Source: Candidatus Micrarchaeota archaeon (GTDB taxonomy: Archaea > Micrarchaeota > Micrarchaeia > Anstonellales > Bilamarchaeaceae). From it: a DNA stretch of 18,939 nt. The translations under genes and the position numbers were made by a program. The notes below the pieces were generated by a model. It had not been told where the DNA came from. It worked only from the letters and a program-made list of their open reading frames with translations, and did not search any database. Of the stretch, positions 15,405 through 18,939 are shown in pieces. How positions within the stretch are numbered: the stretch's first letter is position 1; every line of letters starts with the position of its first letter. Where the stretch lies: NCBI GenBank assembly GCA_040754495.1, contig JBFMCO010000026.1:1-18939 (forward strand). Reading direction: 5' to 3'.

Positions 15405-15475
15405 CGCACGGTATGGGGCGGCCGCGTTTTTAAGAGAGCCACCTTTTATAAAGATATGGTAGTATAATAACTTCT

Positions 15476-16639
15476 GTGGTAATTACTGACGGGGGCAGCC
15501 AGGGCGGCGGCGAGAACGCGGCCTTGGGAACGCCCAACGGAAGCCTGCTCACAGCGCTTGACGACATAATACAGCTGGACCGGGCCTTGTGGGAGGTCAC
15601 GAAGGGGCTCCCGATAAGGACCGGCAGCATACTCAGGGTCTCGGCAGAGGACCTCCATCGCTGGCGCGTGGGGGTCACGGACGAAAACCGGGCGGAGCTT
15701 GCCAGGCTTTCCGGGGCGTTCAGGCTCAAGGACAACGCTGAGAGGGAGAGGAACCCGGCCCTTGAGAACATAGAGAGGACGTCGTTCAGCCAGTCCATGC
15801 GCAGCAGCATGGCAAGGGTCATCGCATTCGTAATCAAGGAGCTTGTGGCCGGCAGCGACGACGGGAAGCGCGAGTACGACATCTGCGACCTGGCCTGCGG
15901 GAGGGGGAGGGTGGCGACTGCGATTGCCACGGCCCTGCGCAGCGACAACCGCACGAGGGGCGTCTTCGACCGCGTCGTGTTCCACATGGTCGATTACTCG
16001 AGCCAGAAGCTGCACAAGGCACGCATCGGCGTAATGCCGTTCGACCCTAAGGCGGTGCGGCTCCATGCCATGAGCGACGAGGAGTTCCTGGCTGAGAACA
16101 AGGGCGCCATGGATTTCGTCGTTTCCCTGTGCCATTTCCACAAGAGCCCGTTCCCGGATACCCTTAGGGGGGCGGCTGGAGCGCTGAAGGAGAACGGCGT
16201 GCTTGTCAGCGGGGACTGGCATTCGCTTCTTTCCTCGCACCCGGCGCTCATCTACCAGCTTTTCGAGAGCATGCGGGTGGAGACACGGAGGCTCGACCTT
16301 TTCAGGAGCCTCATGGGGGACGCCCTCAGCCCGGATTCCATGCCGGACATGAGCATGGAGGAGCTGCGGGCGGTAGCAGACCACCAGGGGCACTGGAACG
16401 AGGTATACCATGACCTCCTGCAGGGGGCCGCGAAGTCGGCCAGGGACCCCAGGTTCTACGTCCTTGGCGCTTTCGACACCACGCGCAGGAGGGTGGAGAA
16501 GCTCGAGGAGGCCGGCCTTATCACGGACTGGAAGGAGATAACGGCCGCTTTCCCGAAGGCCAAGCTCCCGCCGCAGCCCAAGCGGATGATAAAGGATTCC
16601 GACAGGGCGTCCGTGGTCATGGGCATGAAAGGCAGGTGA
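15476..16639 (+). CDS. Class I SAM-dependent methyltransferase, large (387 aa), paralog A
   Basis: Motif I CDLACGRG, MVDYS, DFVVSLCHFH and GVLVSGDW. TTTTATAAA (15444-15452) supports the GTG start at 15476. Confidence 0.8.
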   Translation: MVITDGGSQGGGENAALGTPNGSLLTALDDIIQLDRALWEVTKGLPIRTGSILRVSAEDLHRWRVGVTDENRAELARLSGAFRLKDNAERERNPALENIERTSFSQSMRSSMARVIAFVIKELVAGSDDGKREYDICDLACGRGRVATAIATALRSDNRTRGVFDRVVFHMVDYSSQKLHKARIGVMPFDPKAVRLHAMSDEEFLAENKGAMDFVVSLCHFHKSPFPDTLRGAAGALKENGVLVSGDWHSLLSSHPALIYQLFESMRVETRRLDLFRSLMGDALSPDSMPDMSMEELRAVADHQGHWNEVYHDLLQGAAKSARDPRFYVLGAFDTTRRRVEKLEEAGLITDWKEITAAFPKAKLPPQPKRMIKDSDRASVVMGMKGR

Positions 16640-16645
16640 CACGCG

Positions 16646-17836
16646 ATGCACCTGGCGAGTACGGTTCCGGAGCTGGAAGCGCTCGAGCGCAGGTTCCAGG
16701 AAATCTGCTCTGAGCTCGTTTACCGTCCGGGTTCCCTGTTCCGCCTGGCGTCGCAGTATCTCCCGGCCTGGGGCATCGGGGCTGGTCCCGAGAATGAGGA
16801 GTATATAGAAACGCGCTCGTGCGGAAGCTATTACGATGAATGGAAAAGGGGGACCAAGGAGAGCAACGACGCCATAAAAAGGGCGGGCGACAATGCCAGG
16901 CTCCCGTACAGCAACCCGGACCTGAACCTGGAGCTCGGCATGATAGCGGCCGAGATAATACACGCGATGGCCGAGCACAAAGGGAGGATTGTCGTCGCCG
17001 ACATGGGGGCCGGCGCGGGGGACACGACCGCGGCCGTGCTCGACTTCCTAGACATGGCCGATGGCGACGGCTCAGTCGTCTCCAAGTGCCATTTCTATCT
17101 TCTCGAGCCGTCGCTTGCCAGGCTCGGTGAGGCCAAGAAGGTGCTGGAGAGCCACAGCGTGAACTCGAAGGCCCCGGTGGCTTTCACGCTCGTAGCGTCC
17201 AACCACAGGACGCACATGCCCATGCTGGCTGACGGCGCATTCGACATGGTGGTGACCAACGCGGTCTGCCACCACATGACCTTCCCGACCTACCTCCGCC
17301 AGATAAGGGAGAAGCTGGCCGCGGACGGCGTGCTCGTCATGGGAGACTGGTATACCCCGATGTGGAAGCACCCCGCCTTCGTGCTGGAGCTGCTTCGCGA
17401 GCTGGGCATGAGCAGGGAAGGGATGGAGAGGTTCGAGTTCCTCTTCGGCATAAAGAAGGGGGACATGCGCAGGCTCGAAGGCGAGCTGGAGCCGTACCAG
17501 CGGGAATCAATCAGGATGATGATAGAGTTCGAGGTCCATATCGCGACCGAGTTCCGGCGCGTGCCCGAGGAGTCGAGGCTGTTCTTCCTCGAGGCGCATG
17601 AAACCCTGGAGGACAGGCTCGCGAAGATGGCCGAGGCCGGATTCGAGACCGACCTTGACGAGCTGCGGGCCAAGCACAGGGATTTTGCCAGGACTGACAG
17701 GACGATAATGAACCTGTTCCCGAAAAGCGACTTCGCGACCGTAGTCGCAGGGGCAAAGGTAGCCGGGCGCAGCCCGGTCGCTGACAGGGCGGTGCTCAAG
17801 GCAAGGATAAAGAGCGCTCTCTCTGCCCCGCTTTAG
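16646..17836 (+). CDS. Class I SAM-dependent methyltransferase, large (396 aa), paralog B
   Basis: Motif I ADMGAGAG, LLEPS, FDMVVTNAVCHH and GVLVMGDW. AGGTGA SD (16634-16639) overlaps the upstream stop. Confidence 0.82.
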   Translation: MHLASTVPELEALERRFQEICSELVYRPGSLFRLASQYLPAWGIGAGPENEEYIETRSCGSYYDEWKRGTKESNDAIKRAGDNARLPYSNPDLNLELGMIAAEIIHAMAEHKGRIVVADMGAGAGDTTAAVLDFLDMADGDGSVVSKCHFYLLEPSLARLGEAKKVLESHSVNSKAPVAFTLVASNHRTHMPMLADGAFDMVVTNAVCHHMTFPTYLRQIREKLAADGVLVMGDWYTPMWKHPAFVLELLRELGMSREGMERFEFLFGIKKGDMRRLEGELEPYQRESIRMMIEFEVHIATEFRRVPEESRLFFLEAHETLEDRLAKMAEAGFETDLDELRAKHRDFARTDRTIMNLFPKSDFATVVAGAKVAGRSPVADRAVLKARIKSALSAPL

Positions 17837-17848
17837 GAGCTGGCTAAT

Positions 17849-18939
<1,091 letters not shown>

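Overview
GC-rich archaeal chromosomal window. Evidence for Archaea: archaeal uS7 and aEF-2, TATA boxes, GAGGTGA ribosome-binding sites and a BHB tRNA intron. It is probably DPANN, possibly Micrarchaeota, but that is inference. Gene order: rps7 (partial), metallophosphoesterase, tRNA-Arg(CCG) with a 103-nt intron, Prx6 peroxiredoxin, LUD-domain protein, msrB, an enlarged PLP aminotransferase, a D-2-hydroxyacid dehydrogenase, EF-2, a GXGXG beta-helix protein, thioredoxin (WCGDC), a CysRS-like protein, an ABC-2 exporter pair, two HEAT-like proteins, three SAM methyltransferases and serS (partial). No CRISPR array, transposase or integrase is visible. Most unusual observations: (1) the tRNA intron is almost fully palindromic and MITE-like, with two alternative folds, and the tRNA 3' end is duplicated in a downstream hairpin; (2) a two-gene unit in which the aminotransferase carries a ~150-aa insertion with a winged-helix-like segment and the dehydrogenase carries a nested, degenerate half-Rossmann duplication; (3) a CysRS homologue with an intact Zn/catalytic core but no anticodon-reading C-terminus (MshC-like architecture), sharing a TATA box with a thioredoxin; (4) a tandem pair of large paralogous methyltransferases. 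All functional interpretations are untested inferences from motifs read by eye.
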